A stretch of 62,165 bases of DNA, counting the filler, from Anaerolineae bacterium (GTDB taxonomy: Bacteria > Chloroflexota > Anaerolineae > Epilineales > Epilineaceae): assembly GCA_029262755.1 (NCBI GenBank). It is 5 parts of 5 records of this genome, joined end to end, with 100 filler letters (N's around TTAATTAATTAA, not from the genome) between each part and the next. Parts side by side here need not be neighbours in the genome. Positions count along the whole stretch, not along the records: positions 19,451 to 34,317 come from JAJCYU010000268.1; 4 more parts are not named here. One strand, given 5' to 3'. Shown here in pieces: positions 21,661 through 31,111 of the stretch. A program made the translations under genes and the position numbers. The notes under the pieces were generated by a model. It was not told the DNA's origin. It was given only the letters and a program-made list of their open reading frames with translations, and searched no databases. Each line of letters opens with the position of its first letter. Position 1 is the first letter of the stretch.

Positions 21661-22791
21661 ATGAACCTGCAGCGCACGTCGATCCACAGCCGGAGGAGGG
21701 TCCGCGCGGCCGGCGCGATCCCGCGTCGCGCGAGGCCGGGCGGGGCGCAGTTCCTCGGCTTCGTGCTGCTATTGGTCCTCGCCTTCGGCGCGGCCGCCTG
21801 CACGGATGCGGGCGGGGATCCGGATTCGCCGGCCGCGCCGGGCGAATCTGCCGGCGACGAGCGTGGGGAGGAAGGGAGCGGCGTGTACGGCGATGGCTCG
21901 GACGGCCAACAGAACGCGTCGGACGCTGACGCTGCCGATCCAGCCGACGCCGATCCATCCGCCGCAGACCCGAACCTCCCCGTCTTCGATCCCGACGCCG
22001 ATCCGCTCGTGCTCGCGTTCATCCCGCAAGAGAACCCCGAGAAGCTGATCGGCGACGTATCGGCCATCACCGCCTACTTGGAAGAGCAGCTCGGGCGGCC
22101 GGTGAAGGGCTACGTCACGCAAGATCACGCGGCGGCGGTCGAAGCGCTTCGCAACGACGAGGCCGACATCTCCTTCATGGGCGCGTTGCCCTATGTCTTG
22201 GCTCACGATCAGGTCGGCGCGCAGGTCATCTTGTCCGAGGTCTACCGGGGCAAGCCCGAGTACACGAGCCGCATCTTCGTGCGCTCCGACAGCGGGATCG
22301 ACACCCTCGCCGACCTCCGCGGCAAGAGCGTCGCTTTCGCCGATCCCATCTCGGAGTCCGGGTACCTCTATCCGTTGGACAGCCTCGTGACCGCCGGGCT
22401 GATGACGCGCGGCGAAGATCCGCAAGACTTCTTCGAGACCGTCTACTTCGCGGGCGGCTACCAGCAGTCGATCGAAGCCGTGCTCAACGGCTACGTGGAC
22501 GCCGCAGGCGCCAGCCAGTTCGCCGACCTGCTCATCCCGGCCGGCCGCCTCGACGAGATCAAGTGGATCGCGGAATCCGAGCCGATCCCGTCGCACGCGG
22601 TGATCGTCCGGGCGGGGTTGGACGACGATCTCGTGGCCGCCTTCACCGCGGCAATGCTCCAGCTCAACGAGCCGGACCGGCAGTACCTGCTCAAGTACGT
22701 CTATGGCCCCGACGGCTTCGTCGAGGCCACGCACGCCGATTACGAGGGCGTTGAGGAGACCGCGCGCGCGTACGGGCTCATCGACGGGTGA
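21661..22791 (+). CDS. PhnD/PtxB-fold ABC substrate-binding lipoprotein with altered ligand pocket
   Basis: Lipobox AAAC, AFIPQEN, LRGKSVAFADPISESGYLYP, FAGGYQQS, SEPIP. Confidence 0.88.
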   Translation: MNLQRTSIHSRRRVRAAGAIPRRARPGGAQFLGFVLLLVLAFGAAACTDAGGDPDSPAAPGESAGDERGEEGSGVYGDGSDGQQNASDADAADPADADPSAADPNLPVFDPDADPLVLAFIPQENPEKLIGDVSAITAYLEEQLGRPVKGYVTQDHAAAVEALRNDEADISFMGALPYVLAHDQVGAQVILSEVYRGKPEYTSRIFVRSDSGIDTLADLRGKSVAFADPISESGYLYPLDSLVTAGLMTRGEDPQDFFETVYFAGGYQQSIEAVLNGYVDAAGASQFADLLIPAGRLDEIKWIAESEPIPSHAVIVRAGLDDDLVAAFTAAMLQLNEPDRQYLLKYVYGPDGFVEATHADYEGVEETARAYGLIDG

Positions 22792-23600
22792 GCGCAGCGC
22801 CGGCCGTCGTGCTCGACGGTCTGCAGGTTCGCTACGGCCCAGAGCGGCCTTGGGTGCTCGATCTCGACCACCTGACGATCCGCGCCGGCGAGCGCGTCGC
22901 GTTGATCGGGCCGAGCGGCTCCGGCAAGACGACGCTGCTGCGCGTGCTCAACGGCTACGTGCTGCCGGAACACGGCCATATGGCCATCCTCGGCCGCGTC
23001 ATCGACCCCAAGCGGCCGCGCGAGACCTGGCCGCAGGAAGAGCGCCTACGCGTGGGCTTCGTCTTCCAGGACTTCGCGCTGGTCGAGCGCGCGACGGTGT
23101 TTCAGAACGTCCTATGGGGCCGGCTCGGGCGTGTGCGCGCGCTGCCCAGCCTGCTCGGGATCTTTCCGCGCGCCGATAAGTTCGCCGCGATGCGCGCCAT
23201 CCTCGAGGTCGACCTACGCGACCAGGCGGCGCAGCGCGTCGACACGTTGAGCGGCGGTCAGCAGCAGCGCGTGGGCATAGCGCGCGTCTTGGCGCAAGAG
23301 GCCGAGGTCCTGCTGGCCGACGAGCCGGTGAGCAACCTCGATCCCGTGCTCGCCGAGGAGACCCTGGCGCTGCTGGCCACCTTGAGCCGCGCCCACGGCG
23401 CGACCCTCGTGATGAGCCTGCACCAGCCCGCCTTGGCCGCGCGCTACGCGGACCGGGTGATCGGCCTGCGCTCGGGAGCCATCGTGCACGATGGTCCTTC
23501 GGGCGCGCTCGACGAAGCCGCGGTACGCCGCATCTATCGACCCGATTCAAGCGCCACAAAGGCCGGTGAGTCCGCCGTGAAGGAAATGGTGGATGGCTGA
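22788..23600 (+). CDS. PhnC-like ABC ATPase
   Basis: GPSGSGKTT, LSGGQQQRV, LLADEPV.NLDP, SLHQ. Confidence 0.92.
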   Translation: MSAAPAVVLDGLQVRYGPERPWVLDLDHLTIRAGERVALIGPSGSGKTTLLRVLNGYVLPEHGHMAILGRVIDPKRPRETWPQEERLRVGFVFQDFALVERATVFQNVLWGRLGRVRALPSLLGIFPRADKFAAMRAILEVDLRDQAAQRVDTLSGGQQQRVGIARVLAQEAEVLLADEPVSNLDPVLAEETLALLATLSRAHGATLVMSLHQPALAARYADRVIGLRSGAIVHDGPSGALDEAAVRRIYRPDSSATKAGESAVKEMVDG

Positions 23601-24393
23601 TCGACGCGAGCTGGGATTGGCATATCCACGCCCGACGCTCCAAGAGAGCGTGGCGCGCGCCTCCGGTGTCGTGCTCCTGGTCGTGCTTGCAGCATGGGCG
23701 CTGCGCGGCGCCGACGTGCAGCTCGACAAGCTGCAGACGGGTCTACCACGGCTGGGTGCATTCCTCGGCCGGCTGTTCCCCCCGGACATCGACGCCGCCA
23801 CGACCGTCTTCGGCGCGACGGTCGAGACGCTGCAGATCGCGGTCGCCGGCACGCTGTTGAGCATCGCTGCATCCGTGCTGCTCGGGATCTTGGCCGCGAC
23901 CAACCTCACGCCGGTCTGGGTGCACCAGCCCGTGAAGTGGCTGCTCGGCGCGCTGCGCGGCATTCCGCTGATCCTGCTGGCCCTGATGTTCGTCACGATC
24001 GTCGGCCTGGGCCCCTTCCCCGGCGTTCTGGCGATCGCGTTCCACTCCACGGGCATGCTGGGCAAGTTCTACGCGGAGGCCATGGAGGGCGCTCGCCGCG
24101 GCCCCCTCGAAGCGCTCGACAGCGCAGGCGCCTCGTGGTGGCAGCGCATTCGCTTCGGCATCCTGCCGCAGGTCGCGCCGGACCTGGCGCGCGATACGCT
24201 CTTCCGCTTCGAGCTGAACTTCCGCGACTCGCTCGTGCTCGGCCTCGTTGGCGCGGGCGGTATCGGCTTCTACATCCAGCTGTACGCGCGCGGCTTCCAA
24301 TACGCGAAGGTGGCCACGCTGACGATCGTGGTGCTGATCGTCGTGATCGCCGTGGAACAGCTGAGCGTCGCGGTGCGCGCCCGCTTGCGCTAA
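23593..24393 (+). CDS. PhnE/PtxC-like ABC permease
   Basis: LFPPD, ETLQIA..GT, VGLGPFPGVLA, GKFYAE, RFELNFR...LGLVGAGGIG. Confidence 0.92.
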   Translation: MADRRELGLAYPRPTLQESVARASGVVLLVVLAAWALRGADVQLDKLQTGLPRLGAFLGRLFPPDIDAATTVFGATVETLQIAVAGTLLSIAASVLLGILAATNLTPVWVHQPVKWLLGALRGIPLILLALMFVTIVGLGPFPGVLAIAFHSTGMLGKFYAEAMEGARRGPLEALDSAGASWWQRIRFGILPQVAPDLARDTLFRFELNFRDSLVLGLVGAGGIGFYIQLYARGFQYAKVATLTIVVLIVVIAVEQLSVAVRARLR

Positions 24394-24438
24394 GGGCGCG
24401 TCAAGCAACAAGCGGCACCCGAGTTACATCCGCACCGA

Positions 24439-26253
24439 CTACGCGGGATTCGTGCCGCGTAGCAACTCCTCTTGCGCCATGGCCGCCAAGTCCTGGAGCA
24501 GCTTCAGGTCGTCCGGGCTGAGCACGCGCGGGCGGTAGTCGATCACGCAGAAGCTGCCGACCGCTTCACCGGTAGCGGCGGACAGCGGCACGCCGGCGTA
24601 GAAGCGGATTCCGGGCGGTGCGGCCACGAGCGGGTTGTCCGCGAAACGGTCGTCGAGCAAGGTGTCGGGCACCACCAGCGGACGGTTGTCGAGGATGGCG
24701 TGGGCGCAGAACGCGACGTCGCGTGGGGTGTCCGCGGCATCCAGACCGCACACCGACTTGAAGTGCTGTCGGTCTCGGTCGATGAGCGTCAAGGCCGAGA
24801 CGGGCACTTGGAGGAGCCGTTGTGCGAGCTGTGTGAGGCGGTCGAAACGTGCATCCGACTCCGAGTCGAGCACGTCGAGGTCGACTAGGGCCTGCAAGCG
24901 GGCTTGCTCGTTGCTGGGAATCGCCGCGGCCGCCCATCTCCCGCCCGTGCGTAGTACGCCGGCGGCAATCCGAGCGCGCGCGTAGGCCGCGGTGAATGGC
25001 TTCTCCATCACGTCCGTCGCGCCGGCCTTCGTAGCGGCCGTGCGACCCTCTGTGTCACCGCCCGCCAAGGCGAGCAGGATTGCGCGATCCGCGGCCGACC
25101 CGCCCTCCGCGCCGCGGAGGCGGCGGCACAGTTCGAAGGCGGCGGACTCCTGCAAATCGTTGTCCAACAAGACCATCGCTGGTTGGTGGAATTCTACGAC
25201 CCGCATTGCGCTCTCTGGATCGTCCGCGGTGAGCAGGTTAAAGCCGTTGGCGAGCACCGCGTCGCCCAACGTCCGCGCCGTGTCGGGGTCGGGCGAGACC
25301 ACGAGCACTTGGTGCTGGATGATCGCGGAGCGCAGGGCGAGTTCGGTCGCCGCGGCGGATTCGCGATGCGGCACGGGATCGAGGCGGGCGAGCTCTATCG
25401 TGCGCCCCTCCGCGGCGGCGAAAACATCTAACGTCGATCCACCTGCCGCGGCGCGCCGTCGGGCCTCCTGCTCTAGGCCTTCGAGCTCAGCATCGGTTCG
25501 CCACGGGTCGTGATGGAAGAGGGCCAACCGCCGAACCTTGGCTCGCAGCGCAAGGTCAACCCCATACTCCATCGTGCTGTGTCCCCAGCCCATCCTCTGC
25601 GGATATTCCTCCGCGGTGTACTGCGCGTCGTGGATCAGCAGATCGACGTCTTCGACGAACTTGGCATGCGCGAGATCCTCACCCGTCAGGCGACCGCGGA
25701 TGCCGTCGGCGTACTGCCGTTCGTGGGGCTCGTGGTCGGTGGCGTAGACCACCGTGACGCCGTCCACCTCGAAGCGATAGCCCACCGTCAGCGCGGGATG
25801 GTTGAGGAAACGGGTCGTGACCCGAATGTCGTCGATCTCGAAGGTGCCCTCGACCAGCTCGTGATAGCTACGGTCGGCGCCGATTCCCGTGAGCGATATC
25901 GGGAAGTAGGGCTCGCGCAGCTGGCCGGTCAGCGTGTCCTTGAGCGATTCGCCCAGGCCCCGCGGCCCGTAGATGTCCCACCGCGCGTCGGGCAGATAGA
26001 GGGGCTGGAAGAAGGGGAAGCCCTGCACGTGATCCCAATGCGTGTGGGTGAAGAGCATGTGCCCCCGCAGCGCGTCCGTGCCGGTGGCGGCCAGCTCGCG
26101 GCCCAAGCCGTGCGCGCCGGTGCCGCAGTCCAGCACCAGCAGGGTGCCGGCCGCGGATCGCAGCGTCACGCAGGAGGTATTGCCCCCATAGCGCAGCGTC
26201 GACGCTCCCGGTTGCGGGATAGAGCCGCGGGTTCCCCAGAATTTCAGGTGCAT
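24439..26253 (-). CDS. MBL-fold metallohydrolase fused to REC and GAF domains
   Basis: FWGTRGS, YGGNTSC, THTHWDH, GWGHS, FHHDP. REC region (VLLD...KPF). GAF region (FCAHAI, RFADNPLV, IRFYAG). Confidence 0.9.
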   Translation of the reverse strand: MHLKFWGTRGSIPQPGASTLRYGGNTSCVTLRSAAGTLLVLDCGTGAHGLGRELAATGTDALRGHMLFTHTHWDHVQGFPFFQPLYLPDARWDIYGPRGLGESLKDTLTGQLREPYFPISLTGIGADRSYHELVEGTFEIDDIRVTTRFLNHPALTVGYRFEVDGVTVVYATDHEPHERQYADGIRGRLTGEDLAHAKFVEDVDLLIHDAQYTAEEYPQRMGWGHSTMEYGVDLALRAKVRRLALFHHDPWRTDAELEGLEQEARRRAAAGGSTLDVFAAAEGRTIELARLDPVPHRESAAATELALRSAIIQHQVLVVSPDPDTARTLGDAVLANGFNLLTADDPESAMRVVEFHQPAMVLLDNDLQESAAFELCRRLRGAEGGSAADRAILLALAGGDTEGRTAATKAGATDVMEKPFTAAYARARIAAGVLRTGGRWAAAAIPSNEQARLQALVDLDVLDSESDARFDRLTQLAQRLLQVPVSALTLIDRDRQHFKSVCGLDAADTPRDVAFCAHAILDNRPLVVPDTLLDDRFADNPLVAAPPGIRFYAGVPLSAATGEAVGSFCVIDYRPRVLSPDDLKLLQDLAAMAQEELLRGTNPA

Positions 26254-26485
26254 GGCGTTGCTCCGGCTTGCCCGTGTCGGAACGATGTCGAAGCCGATGG
26301 CCACGTCGGCAGGCACTGCCAGCATATCGCCTAGCGCGAGGAAGGCAACACGAGCAATCGGTGTGCGCAGCTCGCTCGCCCGCCGGACGCGGTTGACGCA
26401 GCATCCGATTGCGGACACGATCGCGCCGGCTCGGAGCGCTGCGTCCGGGCGCCCGGGTCGAGAACATTAGCGAGGAGGAGCGACC

Positions 26486-26812
26486 ATGGCGGATGGAAAA
26501 ACGACAGGAATCGACACACCTGGCCGCCATTCTACGGATTTCCCACGAGGGTCCGTTGCCACCCGGTCCGCCGCCGTCTGGGGCGGCGTGATGGGTGCGG
26601 TGCTCCTATTGATGCGCAAGGCGATCGCGGTGCCCGTGCTGCTCGTCTCGTTGATCGCCATGATCATCACAGCGACTTCCCACGGCGGGTTGTCCGACGC
26701 TGTGGTGGTCATTGGCATGGTTGCCCTCGTGTTCAGCGCGCTGAACTGCGCAACTTCGCCTGGCGCCTACCTCTACGCCAAACGGATGCGCGATCAAGGC
26801 GTCCTCGTCTAG
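26486..26812 (+). CDS. Small membrane protein (start uncertain, possibly a fragment)
   Basis: Hydrophobic segments, C-terminal YAKRMRDQGVL, and GAGGAG SD. Confidence 0.45.
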   Translation: MADGKTTGIDTPGRHSTDFPRGSVATRSAAVWGGVMGAVLLLMRKAIAVPVLLVSLIAMIITATSHGGLSDAVVVIGMVALVFSALNCATSPGAYLYAKRMRDQGVLV

Positions 26813-27607
26813 GTGGGGCGTCTGCCGGTGGCGGTCCCGGAGCCGATCCCCGCGCTGCGGGCGGAGTTCGCCGCGCAACCTTCCGATGAGAAGCGGGCCT
26901 TGGATCTGGCACGCGCGCTCGGCGCCGCGGGCTGCGGCCACGAAGCCGGCGTGCATCTGCGTCCGCGTCGTGCTGCCTGGCGGGACGCGAGCTGGGCGTC
27001 GGACGCGAAGGCTTGGCTTGCGGCCACGACGTGGTGGAACAGCAATTGGCGCGAGGTCGCGCTTGCGCGGCAGTCGGGTCGCTACGCAGAAGCACGGTCG
27101 ATGGTCGGCGATCGCGCGTCTGCGCTGTGGGACTTTCCACCATTGCTTGCGCACCTCGAAGCGATTGCCCGTGCGGACGGTGACTGGGCGGAGGTCGCGC
27201 ACCTGGACGCCCGTATCGTGTACCTGTGCGAGCGCGGCGTACCGAAAATCCCCACGGCGGCGTTCGACTACCTCGCGCGCGTGGGCTTGCTTGAGGCGCG
27301 GGCAGAGCAGGGTCAGCCGGAGGAAGCGCTGACCGAGCTGGAGGCGCTGAACCACCATCCGGGCAACCAGCATCATTACCAGATGCGCCTCGCCGAATTG
27401 ACCGTGCTCGCCGACAAGCAGGAGCGGGCCATGCGCCGCGTGGCGGAGGCGCTGATCACGGCGGGCAAACGTACAGGCTACTCGAAGACCCTCCGCGAGA
27501 CGTGGGTTGAGCATTCGCCGCGCCTCGAGCCGCTGCGTGCACGCCCTGACTGGCCGATCTTGGTCGCCGAGCCCAAAGAGTGGCTGGCGGAGCATGGCGC
27601 ACCGTGA
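26813..27607 (+). CDS. Hypothetical TPR-like helical protein
   Basis: Ala/Leu/Glu/Arg-rich helical pattern. GTGA overlap with the M23 gene. Confidence 0.6.
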   Translation: MGRLPVAVPEPIPALRAEFAAQPSDEKRALDLARALGAAGCGHEAGVHLRPRRAAWRDASWASDAKAWLAATTWWNSNWREVALARQSGRYAEARSMVGDRASALWDFPPLLAHLEAIARADGDWAEVAHLDARIVYLCERGVPKIPTAAFDYLARVGLLEARAEQGQPEEALTELEALNHHPGNQHHYQMRLAELTVLADKQERAMRRVAEALITAGKRTGYSKTLRETWVEHSPRLEPLRARPDWPILVAEPKEWLAEHGAP

Positions 27608-28401
27608 TCCGACGTGATGCGCCCCGCCGCCCCACCCTCGTGCGCCCCGCGCTCGCGCGCACGGCCCTCGCGCTGGCGGCCGTCGTCGTGCTCCTGCTGG
27701 CCGCCGTCCGCTTCGGCGCCGTCGACGCGCCGCCGATCGGCATCGGCCCCGGCCGCGACCCGGCGGCGGTCGCGCGTTTGCGCAGCTGGATCGACGACCC
27801 GGCCGCGTACCTCGCGTGGCGGCTCGATGCCGGCACCCGCTGCGGCGAAGCGCCGATGCTGCTGCCGACCTCCGGCATGGTCGGCTACGGGCGGGGCGAC
27901 AGGGTCCGGCCCGGTCCCCTTCACTCCGGACTCGACATCTTCAGCCCCGACGGCCTCCTCGGCGTGACCCCAATCGTCGCCGCGTACGATGGCTTCCTGA
28001 CGCGCGAGGCGGATTGGAAGAGCACCGTGATCATTCGGCACCCCGATTTCCCCTCGGAACTCGGGCTGGTGGACACGGGTGACACGATCTGGACCTACTA
28101 CACCCACATGGCTTCCGTGGACGGCGAGACGGTCTACATCGAGCCGGACTTTCCGCCCGGCACCTATGAGCAGCCGATAGCCGCCGGCACGCTCCTCGGC
28201 TACCAGGGTCGCTGGTCGGGCGACCCCGGCGCACCGACGGGGCTGCACCTGCACTTTTCGATCGTGCGCTCGACGCAGACTGCGGCGGACGGGGTGCCCG
28301 GCTTCCTGGACGAGACGCAGATCGAGCACACCTACGACCCGCTGCCCTTCCTGGGACTCACGCCGGACGCGGCAGGCGTGCCGGTGTGTAGGGAGCCGTA
28401 G
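27604..28401 (+). CDS. M23-family metallopeptidase, membrane-anchored
   Basis: N-terminal TM, HSGLD, YYTHM, HLHF. Confidence 0.88.
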   Translation: MIRRDAPRRPTLVRPALARTALALAAVVVLLLAAVRFGAVDAPPIGIGPGRDPAAVARLRSWIDDPAAYLAWRLDAGTRCGEAPMLLPTSGMVGYGRGDRVRPGPLHSGLDIFSPDGLLGVTPIVAAYDGFLTREADWKSTVIIRHPDFPSELGLVDTGDTIWTYYTHMASVDGETVYIEPDFPPGTYEQPIAAGTLLGYQGRWSGDPGAPTGLHLHFSIVRSTQTAADGVPGFLDETQIEHTYDPLPFLGLTPDAAGVPVCREP

Positions 28402-28680
28402 TAAGGCTTTTCGCCCGATTCGGTCGTGCACGCACCGCTATCGCGGTCGCGAGTCAAGGGACCGCGGGGCACGCCTGGCATCCACGATGCTCCGGTGCCC
28501 GAGCCCGAGCCCGAGCCCGCATCGCGGACGCGGACGTCGAAGTGGACGTGGACTTCTGCGACATGCTCGCAACGGAGGTGGGGCAAGACGGCCGCGTGCA
28601 ACGGGGCGAACCCAGGCTTGCTTGGCCTGGGCTCGCTCTTTCGTATCGCTTGGGAACGCGACCTGCCTGGCCGCGCTCGC

Positions 28681-29562
28681 TCAGTCTCCGCGGTAAAGCA
28701 ACGGCAGCAGCAGGACGTGTCGCGGGGGTGCTACCGTGCTCGCCGGACGCGTCGGCGTCGCTTCGACGGGCGGCGCGGTGGTAGGCGCCGTGGTCGGCGC
28801 GCTCGTCGGCACCGTGGTCGCGTCGGCGGTGGCGGTGGGTGGCGACGTCGTTGGCGGCGGGAGGTACGGCCGCTCGTTGTGATAGCAGGCCGGTGGATCG
28901 TCCAAGTAGCGTTCCAGGGACGCGGCAAGGTCGCCGAAGTCGAGCAGCTCGCCCCGCCGGCGTCCCGGCGCGGTGCCATCGGACGACCAGGCCCAGTCGT
29001 GCTGTTCGAGCACGGTGCCGTCGCAGTCGATCAGGTAGCCGGCGTTGGGCCGACCGCCGCCATACGTGCTCCGGATGGCCTCGTCACTGTGCGTATCATG
29101 CTCGATGAAGTCGATCATCATCGGGATCACGAGATCCGGTTCGGGATCGTATTTCATCCAACGCCCACGCTGTGCACGCTCCGGCATCGTCTTGGTGACG
29201 GTCACCGGATGATCCCAGCACTCCGTGCCGGGGTGCGCCTCTTTGCCGTAAACCCAGATGAAGTTGATGCGGTCGCTGAAGGTCCGATACGTTTCTTCCA
29301 AACCTTGGAAGTTATTGTGCGAAGGCGGTCAGGTCGCCGAACCGGTCACGAGAACCAACGGGCGATCCGCGATCATGTCCGCCATCTCGATCTCCCGCTC
29401 AAACTCGTCGATGCTCTGGTAGAGCACGGCTTTGTCGCCGACCAGCAGTTTGGTCGGGCGCTGGCGCTGCGCCTCGGCGGGTCGATGTCCCGCCAGGGTT
29501 ACGAGGGCGGCGCTGCTTAGGATCAGCGCCGCGCCCGCCAGAATTCGTCGATTGCGTGCCAT
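28681..29562 (-). CDS. Secreted iodothyronine-deiodinase-like selenoprotein (UGA = Sec at 29329-29331)
   Basis: AAGGAG SD and signal peptide ending AEA. RPLVLVTGSAT-TGA-PPS continues in frame to FIWVYGKEAHP. Pro/Thr linker and C-terminal VLLLPLLYR. Confidence 0.88.
29295..29311 (-). promoter_or_regulatory. Candidate bacterial SECIS element
   Basis: mRNA CUUCCAA-GGU-UUGGAAG. The GGU apical loop lies about 24 nt after the UGA. Confidence 0.65.
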
Positions 29563-29761
29563 GTTGCGCTCCTTGGTGGCGATGGTATGTAGGGAGACGG
29601 GTGCGTGCCCTCCCCCTGGAGCAACGCTGCAGCAGGCCGAAGCGTTTGATGGTCCGTGAATCACCCCTGACGAACGATCTACCTGCCTTCCGACAATTCC
29701 TATACAGTGCGGTCGCTACAGTGCGGTCGGCTGAATTCCTCCCACGCGCACAGGAAATCGG

Positions 29762-31111
29762 ATGGCGGACTACTACACCGGCAGCCAGGCGGTCGAGCAC
29801 TACAACCACACCCTGGAGACGGCCGGAAAGTTGCGCGCTTCGTATCGGACGCTAGACGGGCGGGTCGCGCAGGCAATCACTCGGGTCGAGAACCATATGG
29901 CCGACGCCCGCCAGGCACTCGGCGCGGCCTACTTCCCCGTCTTGTCGCCGGAGGCGATCGCGGACCTCGAAAGGCTTACCGGCTTCAAGGGGTTCAGCCG
30001 GCGTGATCCCATCGCTGCCATGGCGCACGAGCGTCACGTGCTGGAGCGCGCTGTCGAGACCGTGCTGGCGGACGATCGCTACCAGCGGCGCGAGGACCTG
30101 ATCGGGCCGGAGGGGGAGCTAACCAGGGACTTGGCGCGAATCAAGCAACGGCTGGATCCGTTCGAGGCGGAAGTTCAGCGCTTCGAGGGGCTCGACACCT
30201 TCCTCGAATTGGTGTCCACCGCGTACGACACACCCGAGTTCCGCGTTCGTTGGTGGGATCGGGACTATTGGCGGCTGTGGGCCGCGGGTGATCGGGTCTG
30301 CGAAGAGCTCGGGCTGGACGATTTCGGCGACGACGTGCTTCCCCGATATCACGCCGCGTTGGCCGATCGTGATCCCGTGATGGAGGAATATCTGCAGGCC
30401 AAATCGATCGCAGACGAGATTCGAGGGTTGGTGGAAACCCACGATCGCTCGACGGCACGATTGCAGCACCTGGAGGCCTCCTATCTGGAAGAGAGCCAGC
30501 AGGCGCTGGCCGAGTTCTTCGAGCACGCCGATTTGACCCTGCTCTCCGACTGGCTGGATGACGACGCGGCAGCGCAAGATGGCGCGCAGGACGACGCATC
30601 ACGCCGGCGCGCGATTCAGATGGCGCTGCGTCGCGTAGCCGGTCTCCGCGCAAAGTCGGGCTTCCTGAACGATCTCGCGGCGGTGTCGATCCGGCCCATG
30701 ATCGCCTCGTTGGACGATCGTGCGAACAAGTACCGTCGCAAGATCACCAAGTACGGCCGGCCAAAGTATCGGGGGCGGTCCGTAACCGAGCGCGAGCTGG
30801 ATCGAGCCTTTCTCGCGAAGAGGAGTAAGTACACCCACCGCAGAAACAAGCTGAGCGAGCTCATCGAGCGGCTGGACCAATACGAGGACTACGAGAACTT
30901 CATGCTCAGCGATCCACCGGAGCTGTGGTGGCGCGAAATGACCCGCACACGCCCGCCCACGCAGATGCGCGAGCTGCGGGCCTGGTATGACCGGCATCCG
31001 GACGCCCGTCCCACGGCGGCCGACGATCCTTGGGAGCGCGTCGACGAAGACGCCGCTGCCGTCGCGGAAGCGGCGGCGGCCGTTGACCACGATGTGGACT
31101 TCCTGTCATGA
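29762..31111 (+). CDS. Hypothetical helical/coiled-coil protein, first gene of a GT/radical SAM operon
   Basis: 449-aa ORF with normal codon pattern. ATGA overlap with the next gene. Confidence 0.8.
   Translation: MADYYTGSQAVEHYNHTLETAGKLRASYRTLDGRVAQAITRVENHMADARQALGAAYFPVLSPEAIADLERLTGFKGFSRRDPIAAMAHERHVLERAVETVLADDRYQRREDLIGPEGELTRDLARIKQRLDPFEAEVQRFEGLDTFLELVSTAYDTPEFRVRWWDRDYWRLWAAGDRVCEELGLDDFGDDVLPRYHAALADRDPVMEEYLQAKSIADEIRGLVETHDRSTARLQHLEASYLEESQQALAEFFEHADLTLLSDWLDDDAAAQDGAQDDASRRRAIQMALRRVAGLRAKSGFLNDLAAVSIRPMIASLDDRANKYRRKITKYGRPKYRGRSVTERELDRAFLAKRSKYTHRRNKLSELIERLDQYEDYENFMLSDPPELWWREMTRTRPPTQMRELRAWYDRHPDARPTAADDPWERVDEDAAAVAEAAAAVDHDVDFLS

Noticed and set aside
19559..21958. 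799-aa minus-strand ORF, and similar long ORFs at 50640-52355, 8917-10293, 59907-61382 and 32895-34043
   Set aside because: These are shadow ORFs opposite or overlapping well-supported genes in high-GC DNA, with no recognisable motifs.
21661..24393. Assigning phnD/phnC/phnE or ptxABC gene symbols
   Set aside because: The fold matches, but the ligand residues differ and no phosphonate or phosphite catabolic genes are adjacent.
28496..28552. Short hexamer repeats (CCCGAG x3, GGACGT-like) as a CRISPR array or regulatory repeat
   Set aside because: Too short, with no spacers and no cas genes. This is simple sequence between convergent genes.
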